A stretch of 64,000 nt of DNA from Squalus acanthias (Eukaryota): positions 142,354,001 to 142,418,000 of the forward strand of contig CM059431.1 in the NCBI GenBank assembly GCA_030390025.1, given 5' to 3'. Shown in pieces: positions 10,995-23,725 of the stretch. The notes below the pieces were generated by a model. That model made no database searches. It was not told the DNA's origin and saw only the letters and a list, made by a program, of their open reading frames with translations. The position numbers were made by a program, and so were the translations under genes. Position 1 is the stretch's first letter, and the number at the start of each line of letters is the position of its first letter.

Positions 10995-11355
10995 GCGGAG
11001 GCCGTGTGTCGCGTCCGAGCCCTCCGGCGCAAGCGCACTGTACCTCCCTTGTTCAACCGCGCAAGCGCACTGTCGCTCCCTAGCATTCCCGCGGAAGCGC
11101 AGTGACGCTCCCTTTCATTCCCGCGGAAGCGCAGTGTCGCACCCTTGCTCTCCCGCGTAGGGGCAGTGTCGCTCTTGCCGTGAATCCGGGGATTCCTATG
11201 TGCGGGTTTTGCCTCTTGTGGCGGGCGGCGCAGGCCGGTGTGTGAGTGACGGTAAGAAACAGGATCATTCCTCTAGTCACAGGGGCCGCGCTCTGTGAAT
11301 GAGGGAACTCGGCTCCATTCAGCACACGGCCTGACAGCGCGGCTGCTCAGCCAAG
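10995..11355 (+). promoter_or_regulatory. CpG-island promoter-like segment, paralogue of 6195-6560
   Basis: GCGCAAGCGC at 11027-11036 and 11059-11068, then two GCGGAAGCGC units, all at about 32-bp spacing; GGGGATTCCT 11188-11197; donor ACG|GTAAGA 11252. Confidence 0.55.
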
Positions 11356-11394
11356 GATTTATATCACAGCGAGGGGCTTTACAGTGTAACAGGG

Positions 11395-11725
11395 GTTGGT
11401 CCGGGATATACACCGCAGGGAATGGTCTGAACCGGGACACAATACAGGCGATAGTCCATGATATAAACCCCTGGGAATGGGCTAAACCGAATCAGAACAG
11501 AGGGGATGATCCGGTATATAAACCCCAGGGAATGGACTGAACCGGGTCACAATACAGGGGATGGTCCGGGATATGAACCCCAGGAAAAGCACTAAACCGT
11601 GTCACAATACAGGGGATGGTCCGAAATATAAACCCCAGGAAATGGACTGAACCGTGTCACAATACAAGGGATGGTCCGGGATATAAACCTCAGGGAATGG
11701 TCTGATCCGGTGCAGGATACAGGAG
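11395..11725. repeat. 55-bp minisatellite, about 6 units
   Basis: Same family as 6600-7050. Confidence 0.9.
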
Positions 11726-11914
11726 ATATGTGTGCAACGGGCGGCCAATCCGCTACTCCTCGTTTTTCCCCTCCGTCGAATTTTAATTTTACCCCCATGG
11801 TCTTATGGTTATGTTTTTCTTTGGGTTTTACGGAGTGCTACAAAGCTCCCGCCATTAACTGCAGAACGTGTGTTACTTTGAGCATCCTGTTCGATTTCGC
11901 ACACCAGCAGGTTT

Positions 11915-12540
11915 GCTGACCAAAGCCGAACGCAGTACTCCAGGTGCGGTCTGACCAAGGCTCTGAGAAAGTGAAGCATCACTTCCTCGTCTTTGTATTC
12001 CAGCACCCCTGAGTTAAAGGCTTACATTTCATTAACCCTTTTGATTATATTTTGTACCTGTGCACCAGCTTTTAGCATTTGTGTGCATGGGCACCTAAAT
12101 CCCTCCACGGCTCCTTGTCTCTCGCCAGTCAGAAAATATTCCGACTTTTCTTTCTCGGGTCACTTTCCGTCATTAAACTCCGCCTGCCGCACTCTTGGCC
12201 ACTCATTCATTTTTTCTATGTCCTGTTGTAAGTTCCTGCTCCGATCTACATAACCCACTGAACCTGCTGACCTCGTGCAATATGCAAACTTGGATAAACA
12301 ACTCTCTCTTCCTTCATCCAAGTCATTAATCTATACGGTGAAAACTGAGGCCCCAGTACAGATCCCTGGGGAACATCACTTGTCACATCCCGCCAATCAG
12401 AGAAGGTTCTTTATACCCGTACTATGTCCCCTACTTCCGAGTCAATCGCCAACCTTTGTCACAAGGGTTACCTCCATTTCCGTGCGCATTTAATTGTGTT
12501 GCGAATCTCTGGTGCGGTGCAGCATATCCCGTTCATCTAT
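11915..12540 (-). mobile_element. Old, heavily decayed CR1 RT fragment
   Basis: [29 protein letters not shown], with upstream VPQGSVLG and INDLDEG...SKFA remnants. Confidence 0.8.
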
Positions 12541-12875
12541 ACTCTAGGAAGAACGGGTATAGCCTGCGGCGCTGATCTGCTCTCCAGTCGTGGATGGTGT
12601 AGATTGTAAAATTTCACCCACACTCCAGGAGTGACAGGTACAATCTGTGCAACATTTTTCCAACGTTTCCCTGTTGCGCTAAAATACTTCCTTTTTGTTG
12701 CACCTTCAACCATTATTGTGGCCTTTCTGAGCTTTTCTATTCAATGCGAATCCTGCTGTCCGTTCACTTCCTATTTAATTGCACTGAAACTGTTTCACGC
12801 GAGAACATTCAAATCTTATAGACGCGTCATACATTGAATTGCTGAGTTTTGAAAGGCTGAATATTGTAATTCATT

Positions 12876-13057
12876 GGGAGTTATTTTAACTTTGGGCGAT
12901 AGCGTAACATTGGCAATATTGAACTGGCACCCGATATGCACCAGGCCGATCATCCCTTCCGTTGATATAAATGGATTGGAACATCGGGAGTGGTGTAAGT
13001 GGGCGGATAATTCGATTTCGTCAAATTACACCATCGTCCAAAGTTAAAATTAACCTC
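12876..13057. mobile_element. Palindromic MITE, about 180 bp
   Basis: Left end gggagttattttaactttgggcgatagcgtaa matches the reverse complement of the right end, gaggttaattttaactttggacgatggtgtaa. Imperfect symmetry continues inward. Confidence 0.8.
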
Positions 13058-13149
13058 TGACTGTACTTAGTGCAACGCTCTTTGTATTTAATATCATATC
13101 ATGTCACCGCTGTGTAAACCATATACTTCGAAATATTGAACAGAAAAAA

Positions 13150-14637
13150 ACACTGTTGAACTAAACTGCAGTGTAAAAAGGAAGGGAGTAGCAAAAGTAA
13201 GCGTTGGACCCTTAGAGGCTGAGTCAGGATAAATTATATTGGGGCACAAAGAAATGACACAGACTTTGAAAAATATTTTCTATCTGTCTTCACAGTAGAA
13301 GACACAAAAAAGTATATTAAAAATAGTGGGGAACCAAAGGACTACTGAGAGCGAGGAACTTAAACTAATTAGTATCAGTAGAGAAAAAGTACTTGAGAAA
13401 CTAATGGGACTAAATGCTGACAAATCCCTTGGACCTGACAGCCTAAATCCGAGGGTCCTAAAAGAGGTGGCTGCAGAGATAGTGGATGCATTGGTTGTTA
13501 TCTTCCAAAATTCCCTAGATTCGGGAACGGTCCCAGTGGATTGGAAGGTTGCAAATGTAACCACGATATTCAAGAAAGGATGGAGAGAGAGAACAAGGAA
13601 CAGGGAACAGAAGGCCAGGTAGCCAGATATCAGTCGTCGTTAACATTCTGGAATCCATTATTAAAGAAGTGGTAACAGGGCACTTAGAAAATCATAATAT
13701 GATTAGGCAGGTTCAACATGGTTTTATGAAAGGGAAATTGTGCTTCACAAATATATTAACGTGTTTGAGGATGTAACAAGCAGGGTTGATAAATGGGAAC
13801 CAGTGTGTGTAATGTATTTGGATTTCCAAAATGCATTCGATAAGGTACCACATAAAAGGTTATTCAGAAATATAAGGGCACATGAGGTTGGTAGTAATGT
13901 ATTAGCACGGATAAAATATTGGTTAACAGTCAGAAAACAGAGAGTAGGGATAAACCAATCATTTTTCAGATTGATAGTCTGTAAGTAGTGGGTTGCCGCA
14001 ACGATCAGTGCTTGTGCCTCAGCTATTTACAATGTATATTAATGACTTAGATGAAGGGACCGAGTGCAATTTATACAAGTTTGTTGACGATAAAAACGAG
14101 GTGGAAAAGTAGGATGTGAGAAGTTCGCAAAGTGCCTGCAAAAAATATAGACAGTTTAAGTGAGTGGGAAATAAGATGGCAGATGGAGTATAATATTGCG
14201 AAATGTGAGGTTATTCACTTTGGCAGGAAGAATAAAAAAAGAGAATATTTTTAAATGGTGAGAAACTATTATACATTGGTGTTCAGTGAGATTTAAGTGC
14301 TCTAGTACAAGAAACACGGAGAGTTAGAATGCAGTACAGCAAGCAATTAGAAAGGCAAATGGTATGTTAGCCTTTATTGCTTGAAGTTTGGAGTACAAGA
14401 GTAAGGAAATCCTTCTACAATTGTAGAAGGCTCTTGTGAGTCCACACCGAGAGAACTGTGCAGAATTTTGGTCTCCTTATTTAAGGAAGGATATACTTGC
14501 CATAGAGTCGGTGCAACAAAGGTTCCCTAGATTTATTCCTGGGATGAGAGGGTTGTCGTATGTGGAGAGATTGAGTAGATTGGGCCTATAAACTCTGGAG
14601 TTTAGAAGAATTAGAGGGGATTTCATTGAAACATATA
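13150..14637 (+). mobile_element. CR1 LINE ORF2 (tether + RT), decayed; left part
   Basis: DKSLGPDSLNPRVLKEVAAEIVDAL, DWKVANVT, YLDFQNAFDKVPH, with many stops and frameshifts. Continues at 15320. Confidence 0.92.
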
Positions 14638-15319
14638 GGCCCACGCATGCACGAAAACCAATAACTTGCGAGCTGCTAGAATACACCTGACAGATCGTCC
14701 GCATCCACTGGATAGTGACATTCACTGGCGCAGCTTTGAGATACTTGCCCAACTACTGCCCAGCAAATGCCCGTGAAATTCTTATGTCTGGTAAAAGCAG
14801 GGGTAAGGTCTGATTTTACCCACGTAAGGGATTAAATAAATATTAAAATATTTTTTAAATCTTTTAAACTTAAAAAAACCTGTAAAATAAGTTTAAGTTA
14901 TTTTTGGCACCTTGAAAAATTTTAAAATTTATTTTTCAAAAAAATTAGTTTTGTTTTAAATGATTAATTCAATTATATATTAATTAATGTTAAACATGTA
15001 ATATTTTTTTAATTTCAGTGTTGACAAAATGTATTTTTTATGGGATTCCTGGTATGCCTATGAGGATTCTGCACGTAAATGGTATCGCCATAAGCATACT
15101 GGGAATCCTTCTTTTTGATTGGTTGGGCCGCCCACCTGACCCCAGGGAAGTTTACGAGCCGGTTGCGCCCCTGAGATACGTGGGCCTCTAAGCAGGTTTA
15201 CACCTGCAGGCCCAGGAGTGCGAGACGTCGAAACTCCGGTACCGTCAGGTAGGTTCATAGTTTATTAGCGATTTGGAGGCTACCGCTCATGGGTAGCCTC
15301 CAATAGCAAAATCAGGCTC
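14638..15319. mobile_element. Non-autonomous DNA-transposon-like insertion interrupting the LINE
   Basis: Non-LINE block with GC-rich arms and a very AT-rich core, splitting the LINE between ...gaaacatata and gtaaattc...gacagg. Right end is agcaaaatcaggctc; a matching left TIR is not evident. Confidence 0.6.
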
Positions 15320-15665
15320 GTAAATTCAATGGGTATTGACAGGATAAATGCAGAGAGATTGTTTCCCCTGGCTGGGGATTCTAGAACTAGGGTCCACAGC
15401 CTCAGGATAATGGGCCCCTTTTAAGACGGAGATGAGGAGCAAATTCTTCCCTCAGAGCGGGGTGAATCTTTGGCATTCGCTGCCCGAAAGTGCGGTGGCT
15501 GCTCAGTCGCTGAGTATATTTAAGGCTAAGATAGATAGATTTTTGGACTGCATAGGAATCAAGGGATATGGGCATAGTGCAGGAAAGTGAAGTTCAGGTC
15601 GAAGATCAGCCATGATCTTATTGAATGGCGGGGCAGCCATTGTTCTTATATTCTTATGTTCGTAC
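15320..15665 (+). mobile_element. CR1 LINE 3' end and tail (continuation of 13150-14637)
   Basis: DRINAERLFPLAGDSRTR, 3' UTR gaagatcagccatgatcttattgaatggcgg, tail ttcttatattcttatgttc. Confidence 0.9.
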
Positions 15666-15668
15666 GTT

Positions 15669-18600
15669 CTGACCCACCCGCATGTCCCGCACTCACCCTG
15701 ACCCATCCACACCTCCGGCACTCAAACCTAGATACACCCGCACGTCCCGCATTCACCCCCTGACCCACCCGCAAGTCTGCCACTCACTCTGAACAACACG
15801 CACATCCCACACTCTCCCTGACCCAACCACACGTCCCGCACTCTCCCTGACCCAACCGCACGTCCCACACTCTCCCTTACCCAACCGCACGTCCCGCACT
15901 CACCCTGACCAACCCGCACCACCGGCACTCAATCCCAGACCCAGCCGCACGTCCCGCACTCATCCTGATGCCCCCGCACGTCCCGCACTCACCCTGACCC
16001 CCCCGCACGTCCCGCACTCACTCTGACCAACCGCACATCCCGCACTCACCCTGACCAACCCACACGTCCTGCACTCACCCTGACCCAACCGCACGTCCCG
16101 CACTCACCCTGACCCAGCCGCACGACCTGCACTTACCCTGACCCAACCACACGTCCCCCACTCAACCCCTGATCCACCCACAACGTACCGCACTCACACT
16201 GACCCACTCGTACGTCCTGAACTCACCCTGACCTCACCGCAGGTCCCGCACTCGCCCCCACCCCACCCGCATGTGTCGCACTCACCCTGACCCATCCGCA
16301 CGTTCCGCCCTCACCCTGACCCACATGCACGTCCCGCACTCACCCCCTGACCCACCCACACGTCCAGCTCTCTCTCTGACCCACCCGCACATCCCGCACT
16401 TGCCCTGACCCTTCCGCACTTCCCGCACAAAAACTGACCTATCCGCACATTCCGCACTCGCCCCCTGAGCCAGCCGCACTTCACGCACACACCCTGACCC
16501 ACCCGCTGGTCCCTCTCTCATCCTGACCGAGCCGCACGTCCCGCACTCACCATGACCCATCCGCACGTCCCGCAATCACCCTGACCCACCCGCATGTCCC
16601 GCAGTCACCCTGACCCACCCGCTCTCAACCTGAACCCCCCGTTTGTCCTGCATTCACCCACTGACCCACACGCACATCCCTCACTCACTCTGACCAACCC
16701 GCACACCCCGTACTCACCCCCTGACCCACCCGCACATCCCTCATTCACCACCTGACCCACCGGCGTGGTCCTGACACACCACCTGACCCACATGCACATC
16801 CCTCACTCACCAGCTGACCCAACTGCACGTTCCGCGCTCACATCCTGACCAACCCGAACATCCAGAACTCACCCTGACCCACCCGCACTTCCAGCTCTAA
16901 CCTGACCCACCCGCACGTCCCGCACTCACCCCCTGACCCACCCGCAAGACCCGCCCTCACCCTGACCCACCCGCACATCCCGCATTGAACCCCTAAACCA
17001 CCCACACGTCCCGCATTGAAACCCTGACCCAACCACACGTCCCGCATTGAACCCCTGACCCCACCACACGTCTGGCACTCACTCTGAATAACCCGCACCC
17101 CTCGCACTCACCCGCTAACACACCCGCACATCCCTCACTGACCCTGACCCATCCGCACATCTTGCACTCAACCCCTGAAACACCCGCACATCCCGCACAC
17201 TCCCTGACCCAACCGCACGTCCCGCACTCTCCCTGACCCAACCGCACGTCCCACACGCTCCCTTACCCAACCGCACGTCCCACACTCACCCTGACCCACC
17301 CGCACCACCGGCACTCAATCCCAGACCCAGCCGCACGTCCAGAACTCACCCTGACCCACCCGCAATCCTGCACTCACCCTGACCCACCTGCACGTCCCGC
17401 ACTCATACTGATGCCCCCGCACGTCCCGCACTCACCCTGACCCCCCCGCATGTCCCGCACTCACTCTGACCAACCGCACGTCCAGCACTCACCCTGACCC
17501 ACCCGCAATCCTGCACTCACCCTGACCCACCTGCACGTCCCACACTCATCCTGATGCCCCCGCACGTCCCGCACTCACCCTGACCCCCTCGCACGTCCCG
17601 CACTCACTCTGACCAACCGCACGTCCCGCACTCACCCTGACCAACCCACACGTCCTGCACTCACCCTGACCCAACCGCACGTCCCGCACTCACCCTGACC
17701 CAGCCGCACGACCTGCACTTACCCTGACCCAACCGCACGTCCCCCACTCAACCCCTGATCCCCCGCAACGTACCGCACTCACACTGACCCACTCGTACGT
17801 CCCAAACTCACCCTGACGTCACCGCAGGTCCCGCACTCGCCCCCACCCCACCCGCATGTGTCGCACTCACCCTGACCCATCCGCACGTTCCGCCCTCACC
17901 CTGACCCACATGCACGTCCCGCACTCACCCACTGACCCACCCGCACGTCCAGCTCTCACTCTGACCCACCCGCACATCCCGCACTTGCCCTGACCCTTCC
18001 GCACTTCCCGCACAGAAACTGACCTATCCGCACATTCCGCACTCACCCCCTGAGCCAGCCGCACGTCACGCACACACCCTGACCCACCCGCTGGTCCCTC
18101 TCTCACCCTGACCGAGCCGCACGTCCCGCACTCACCATGACCCATCCGCACGTCCCGCACTCACCCTGACCCACCCGCATGTCCCGCAGTCACCCTGACC
18201 CACCCGCTCTCAACCTGAACCCCACGTTTGTCCTGCATTCACCCACTGACCCACACGCACATCCCTCACTCACTCTGACCAACCCGCACACCCCGTACTC
18301 ACCCCCTGACCCACCCGCACATCCCTCATTCACCACCTGACCCACCGGCGTGGTCCTGACACACCACCTGACCCACATGCACATCCCTCACTCACCAGCT
18401 GACCCAACTGCACGTTCCGCACTCACATCCTGACCAACCCGAACATCCAGAACTCACCCTGACCCACCCGCACTTCCAGCTCTAACCTGACCCACCCGCA
18501 CGTCCCGCACTCACCCCCTGACCCACCCGCAAGACCCGCCCTCACCCTGACCCACCCGCACATCCCGCATTGAACCCCTAAACCACCCACACGTCCCGCA

Positions 18601-19816
18601 TTGAAACCCTGACCCAACCACACGTCCCGCATTGAACCCCTGATCCACCCACACGTCCTGCACTCACCCTGACCCACCTGCACATCCCGCACTCACCCTG
18701 ACCCTCTCGCACATCCTGCACTCACCCTGACCCTCTCGCACATCCCGCACTCACCCTGTCCATCCCGCACTCACCCTGACCCAGCAGCACATGCCGCACT
18801 CACCCTGACCTTCCCGCACGTCCCTCACTCACCCTGACCTTCCCGCACATCCCGCACTCACCCTGACATTGCCGCACGTCCCGCACTCACCCTGACCCCA
18901 CCACACATCTGGCACTCACTCTGAATAACCCGCACGCCTCGCACTCACCCGCTAACACACCCGCACATCCCTCACTGACCCTGACGCATCCGCACATCTT
19001 GCACTCATCCCCTGAAACACCCGCACATCCCACACTCACCCCCTCTAACACCCTCACATCCAACACTCACTCTGACCCCCCAACACATACCGCACTTGCC
19101 CTGACTCTCCCGCACGTTGCGCACTCACCTTGACCCATTAGCACATCCCGCAATCAGCCTGACCCACCCGCATGTGCCGCTATCACCCTGACCCACCCGC
19201 ATGTGCCGCACCCGCCCTGACCCACACGCATGTCCCGCACTCACCCTGACACACGCGCAAGTCCCACACTCACCCTGACTCACCCATAGGTCCCACACTC
19301 ACCCTGACCACACGCACGTCACGCACTCAGCCTGACCCATCCGCACATCCCGCACTCGCCCTGACCAACCCGCACGTCCCGCACTCACCCTGACCCTCCC
19401 GCACGTTCCTCACTCACCCAGACCCACCCCCACGTCCAGCACTCACAATGACCATCCCGCATGTCCCGCACTCACACTGACCAACCCGTATGTCCCGCAC
19501 TCACCCTGACCCGCTCGCATGTCCCGGACTAACCCTGACCCACCCGCACTCACACTGACCCACCCGCATATCCCGCACTCACCCTCACCAACCCGAACTC
19601 ACCCTGACCCATCCGCACATCCCGCACTCGCCCTGACGCATCCGCACATCCCGCACTCACGCTGACCCTCCCGCACGTCCCGCACTGACACTGACACTCC
19701 CGCATGTTCGCACGCACCCTGACACACCCCTACATCCCGCACTCACAATGACCCTCCCGCACGTGCCGCACTCACTCTGACCCACCCGTATGTCCCGCAC
19801 TCACCCTGACCCACTC
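15669..19816. repeat. 29-bp C-rich/CpG-rich satellite, about 140 units, with kb-scale internal duplications
   Basis: Consensus CTGACCCACCCGCACGTCCCGCACTCACC. Variant blocks repeat at a 1585-bp offset (ORF-track pairs 16282/17867, 16605/18190, 16838/18423). Confidence 0.95.
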
Positions 19817-20984
19817 GCCCAATCTTACTGTTAGATTCTAAGTGCCCAGTTATTGCATCCTTTATAATAGATTCCAGCATTTTCCCAACTAATGATGTGA
19901 GGCTAACAGGTCTGTAGTTCCCCGTTTTCTCTCTCCCTCCTTTCTTTAATAGCGCGGTTACATTTGCTATCCTCCAATCTGCAGGAACCGTTCCAGAATC
20001 TATAGAATTTTGGAAGATGACAACCAATGCGTCCACTGTCGCAATGTCCACCTCTTTCAAATCCCTAGGAAGTAGGTCATCCGGTCCTTGATATTTATCG
20101 AATTTTAGTCCCATTAATTTTGCTAGTACTGTTTTTTTACTAATAATAATTTCGTTACGCTCCTCATTCTCGCCACACCTTTGGTTTTCTCGTATTTTTT
20201 TAACGTTTTTCGTGTCTTCCTCCGTGAAGAAAGAAACAAAGTATTTATTTAATTTCTCAGCCATTTCCTGTTTCACCATTATGAATTCTCCCGTCTCTGA
20301 ATGTAAAGGACCTACATTTACCTCCGCCAGTCTTTTCCTTTACACATACCTATAGAAGCTTTTACAATCCGTTTTTATATTTTTCGCTAGTTTGTGCTCA
20401 TATTCCATTTTCACTTTCTTTATCCATTTCTTGGTCCCCCTTTGCTGATTTCTAAAAAGATCCCAATCCTCAGGCTGACCGCTTTTTTGGCAACTTTATA
20501 AGCTTCCTCTAAGGCCTTAATAATAGCTTACATTTATTTTGTTAGCCATGGTTGGATCACTTTTCATTTTGGGTATTTATGCCCTAGATGAATATATGTT
20601 TGTTGCAAATTATGCATTATTTCCTTTGTGTTAGCCATTGTATGTCCACCTTCTTACTTTTTAATGTAGTCTCCCAATCTACCATGGAAAACTTGTCCCT
20701 CATACCCGTGTAGTTTCCTCTGTTTAGATTGAAGACCATAGTTTCAGATTGGACTACATCACTCTCAAACTTAATATAAATTTCAATCATATTATCGTCA
20801 CTTGTCCCTAAAGGCCCCTTTACCGCAGGATTATTGATTAGCCCATTCTCATTACACAGTGCCAGATCCAAAATAGCCTGTACCCTGGTTGATTCCTCCA
20901 CATACTGATCCAGGAAAACCAACTCGCTGCATTCCAATAATTCGTCCTGCACATCATTAGTGGTAATTTCATTTGTCCCCCATG
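19817..20984 (-). mobile_element. Internal CR1 ORF2 fragment (endonuclease C-terminus to RT start)
   Basis: ILDLALCNE, PLGTSDD, LNKYFVSFFTEED, DWRIANVT, GNYRPVSLTSLVGKMLESIIKD. Cut by the 29-bp satellite on its 3' side. Confidence 0.9.
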
Positions 20985-22568
20985 TCATAGTCATAGAGTC
21001 ATAGAGTTATACAGCACAGAAAGAGGCCTTTCGGCCCATCGTGTCCGCGCCGGCCATCAAGCCCTGTCAATTTTAATCCCATTTTCCAGCACTTGGTCCG
21101 TAGCCGTGTATGCTATGGCGTTTCAAGTGCTCATCTAAATGCTTCTTGAACGTTTTGAGGGTTCCTGCCTCTACCATCCTTTCAGGCAGTGAGTTCCAGA
21201 TTCCAACCACCCTCTGGGTGAAAAAGTTTTTCCTCAAATCCCCTCTAAACCACCTGCCCCTGACCTTGAAACTATGCCCCTGGTTATTGACCCCTCCACT
21301 GAGGGGACAAGTTCCTTTCTATCTACCCTATCTATGCCCCTCATAATTTTGTACACCTCAATCAGGTCCCCCCTCAGCCTTCTCTGCTCTAGGGAAAACA
21401 ACCCCAGCCTGTCCAGTCTCTCATCATAGCTGAAGCGCTGCAGCCCAGGTAACATCCTGCTGAATCTCCTCTGCACCCTCTCGAATGCAATCACATCCTT
21501 CCTATAGTGTGGCGAACAGAACTGCACACAGTATTCCAGCTGTGGCCAAAATAGCGTTTTGTGCAGCTCCATCATAACATCCCTGCTCTTATATTCTTTG
21601 CCTCGGCTAATGAAGGCAAGTATACCACAAGCCTTTTTAAAAACCTTATCTACCTGTCCTGCTGCCTTCAGAGATCTATGTACATGTACACCAAGGTCCC
21701 TCTGATCCTCTGTCCTTCCTAGGGTCCTACCATTCATTGTGTATTCCCTTGCCTTGTTAGTCCTCCCAAAATGGATCACCCCACACTTTTGAGGGTTAAA
21801 TTCCATTTGCCACTGTTCTGCCCATCTGACCAACCCGTCTATATCGTCCTGTAGCCTGAGGCTTCTCTCCTCGCTATTTACCACCCCACCAATTTTCGTG
21901 TCATTTGCAAACTTACTGATCATACCTCCTACATTCATATCTAAATCATTAATGTACACTACAAACAGCAAAGGACCCAGCACCGATCCCTGCGGTACAT
22001 CAGTGGACACAGGCTTCCAGTCACAAAAACAACCTTCGACCATCACCCTCTGCCTCCTGCCACTAAGCCAATTTTGGATCCAATGTGCCAAGTTGCCCTG
22101 AATCTCATGGGCGTTTACGTTCTTGACCCGTCTCCCATGCGGGACTTCGTCAAAATTCTTACTGGAGTCCATGTAGACCACATCAACTGCACCCTCATCC
22201 ACACACCGAGTCAGCTCCTCTAAAAATTCTATCAAATTGGTTAGACATGATCTCCCCCTGACAAAGCCATGCTGACTATCCTTGATTAATCCTTACTTCT
22301 ACAAGTGGAGACTATTTCTTTCCCTCAGAATTTTTTCCAATCATTTCCCTACCACTGATGTTAGGCTCATTAGCCTGTAATTCCCTGGTTTATGCCTACT
22401 ACCCTTCTTGAATAATGGTACTACGTCAGCTGTTCTCCAGTCCTCTGGCAACTCCCCTGTGGCCAGAGAGGATCTTAAAATTTGTACCAGAGCCCCTGCA
22501 ATCTCCTCCCATGCCTCACACAGCAGCCTATGATACATTTCGTCTGGGCCTGGGGATTTATCCACTTT
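20985..22568 (-). mobile_element. 5'-truncated CR1 LINE, same subfamily as 620-2428
   Basis: Tail tcatagtcatagagtcatagag. The 333-aa RT-containing ORF 21234-22235 has FADD mutated to FAND. Strong similarity to 812-2370. Confidence 0.94.
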
Positions 22569-22589
22569 TAAAAAAACACCAAAAAAATT

Positions 22590-22988
22590 ACAGGAAAGTT
22601 GTTAGAAAAATAATAGAAGAAAAATAGGAGCAGGTGTAGGCCATTCGGCCCTTGGAGCCTGCTCCGCCATTCAATACGATCATGGCTGATCCTCTATCTC
22701 AATACCATATTGCCGCTCTCTCCCCATACCCCTTGATGACTTTGTGTCTAGAAATCTATCCATCTCGATAATATAAATATATTCAGTGACTTGGCCTCCA
22801 CAGCCTTCTGTGGTAGAGAATTCCACAGGTTCACCAACCCCTGAGTGAAGAAATTTCTCCTCAACTCAGTCCTAAATGTCCTACCCCGTATCCTGCGACT
22901 ATGACCACACGTTCTCGAACCCCCAGCCAGGGGAAACATGCTCCTTGCATTCAATCTGCCTAGCCCTTTCAGAATGTTATACGTTTCA
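22590..22988 (-). mobile_element. CR1 LINE 3' end (host, split by a nested insertion)
   Basis: 3' UTR plus RTCGHSRRIRGRTFRTELRRNFFTQ. Host text gttatacgtttca resumes as caatgagatcc at about 23726. Confidence 0.85.
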
Positions 22989-23725
22989 CAGAAGCATAGA
23001 AGATAGGAACAGGAGAAGGCCATTCGGCCCCTCGAGCCTGCTCCGCCATTTAATGAGATCATGGCTGATCATCCAAATTCAGTACCCTGTCCCTGCTTTC
23101 TCCCCATATCCCTTGATCCCTTTAGCCTTAAGAAATATATCTATCTCCTTCTTGAATATATTTAATGAATTGGCCTCAACTGCCTTCTGTGGTAGAGAAT
23201 TCCACAGGTTCACCACTCTCTGGCTAAAGAAATTCCTCCTCATCTCAGTCCTAAATGGCTTATCCCTTATCCTTAGACTGTGACCTCTGGTTCTGGACTC
23301 CCCCGCCATCGGGAACATCCTTCCTGCATCTAGTCTGTCTAGTGCTGTTAGAATTTTATGAGTTTCAATGAGATCCCCTCTCATTCTTCTAAACACTAGC
23401 GAATATAAGCCTAATCGACCCAATCTCTCTTCATACGTCATTCCTGCCATCCCAGGTATCAGTCTGGTAAATCTTCGCTTCACTCCCTCCATGGCAAGAA
23501 CATCCTTCCTCAGATAAGGCGAACAAACTGCACACAATACTCAAATTGTGGCCTCAGCAAGGCCTTGTACAACTGCAGCAAGACATCCTTGCTCCTGTAC
23601 TCGAATCCCCTCGCTATGAAGGCCAACATACCATTTGCCTTCATAACCTTTTGCTGCACCTGCTTGCTTACCTTCAGCGACTGGTGCACATGGACTCCCA
23701 GATCTCGTTGCACTTCCCCTTTTCC
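22989..23725 (-). mobile_element. Nested 5'-truncated CR1 LINE
   Basis: Own tail (cagaagcatagaagatagg) and ORF2 C-terminal fragments at 23079-23537 and 23510-23740. Confidence 0.88.

Larger units (their letters stand above)
10267..11725. repeat. Duplicated module, copy C
   Basis: Collinear with copy B (5500-7050). Its left end abuts the 36-bp minisatellite. Confidence 0.88.

Noticed and set aside
15728..18692. Cys/Gly-rich ORFs (ECGTCGWVR) resembling metal-binding proteins
   Set aside because: Translations of the 29-bp satellite; the frame shifts every unit.
21234..22235. 333-aa reverse transcriptase ORF as an active gene
   Set aside because: 5'-truncated LINE, catalytic FADD mutated to FAND, and frameshifts on both sides.
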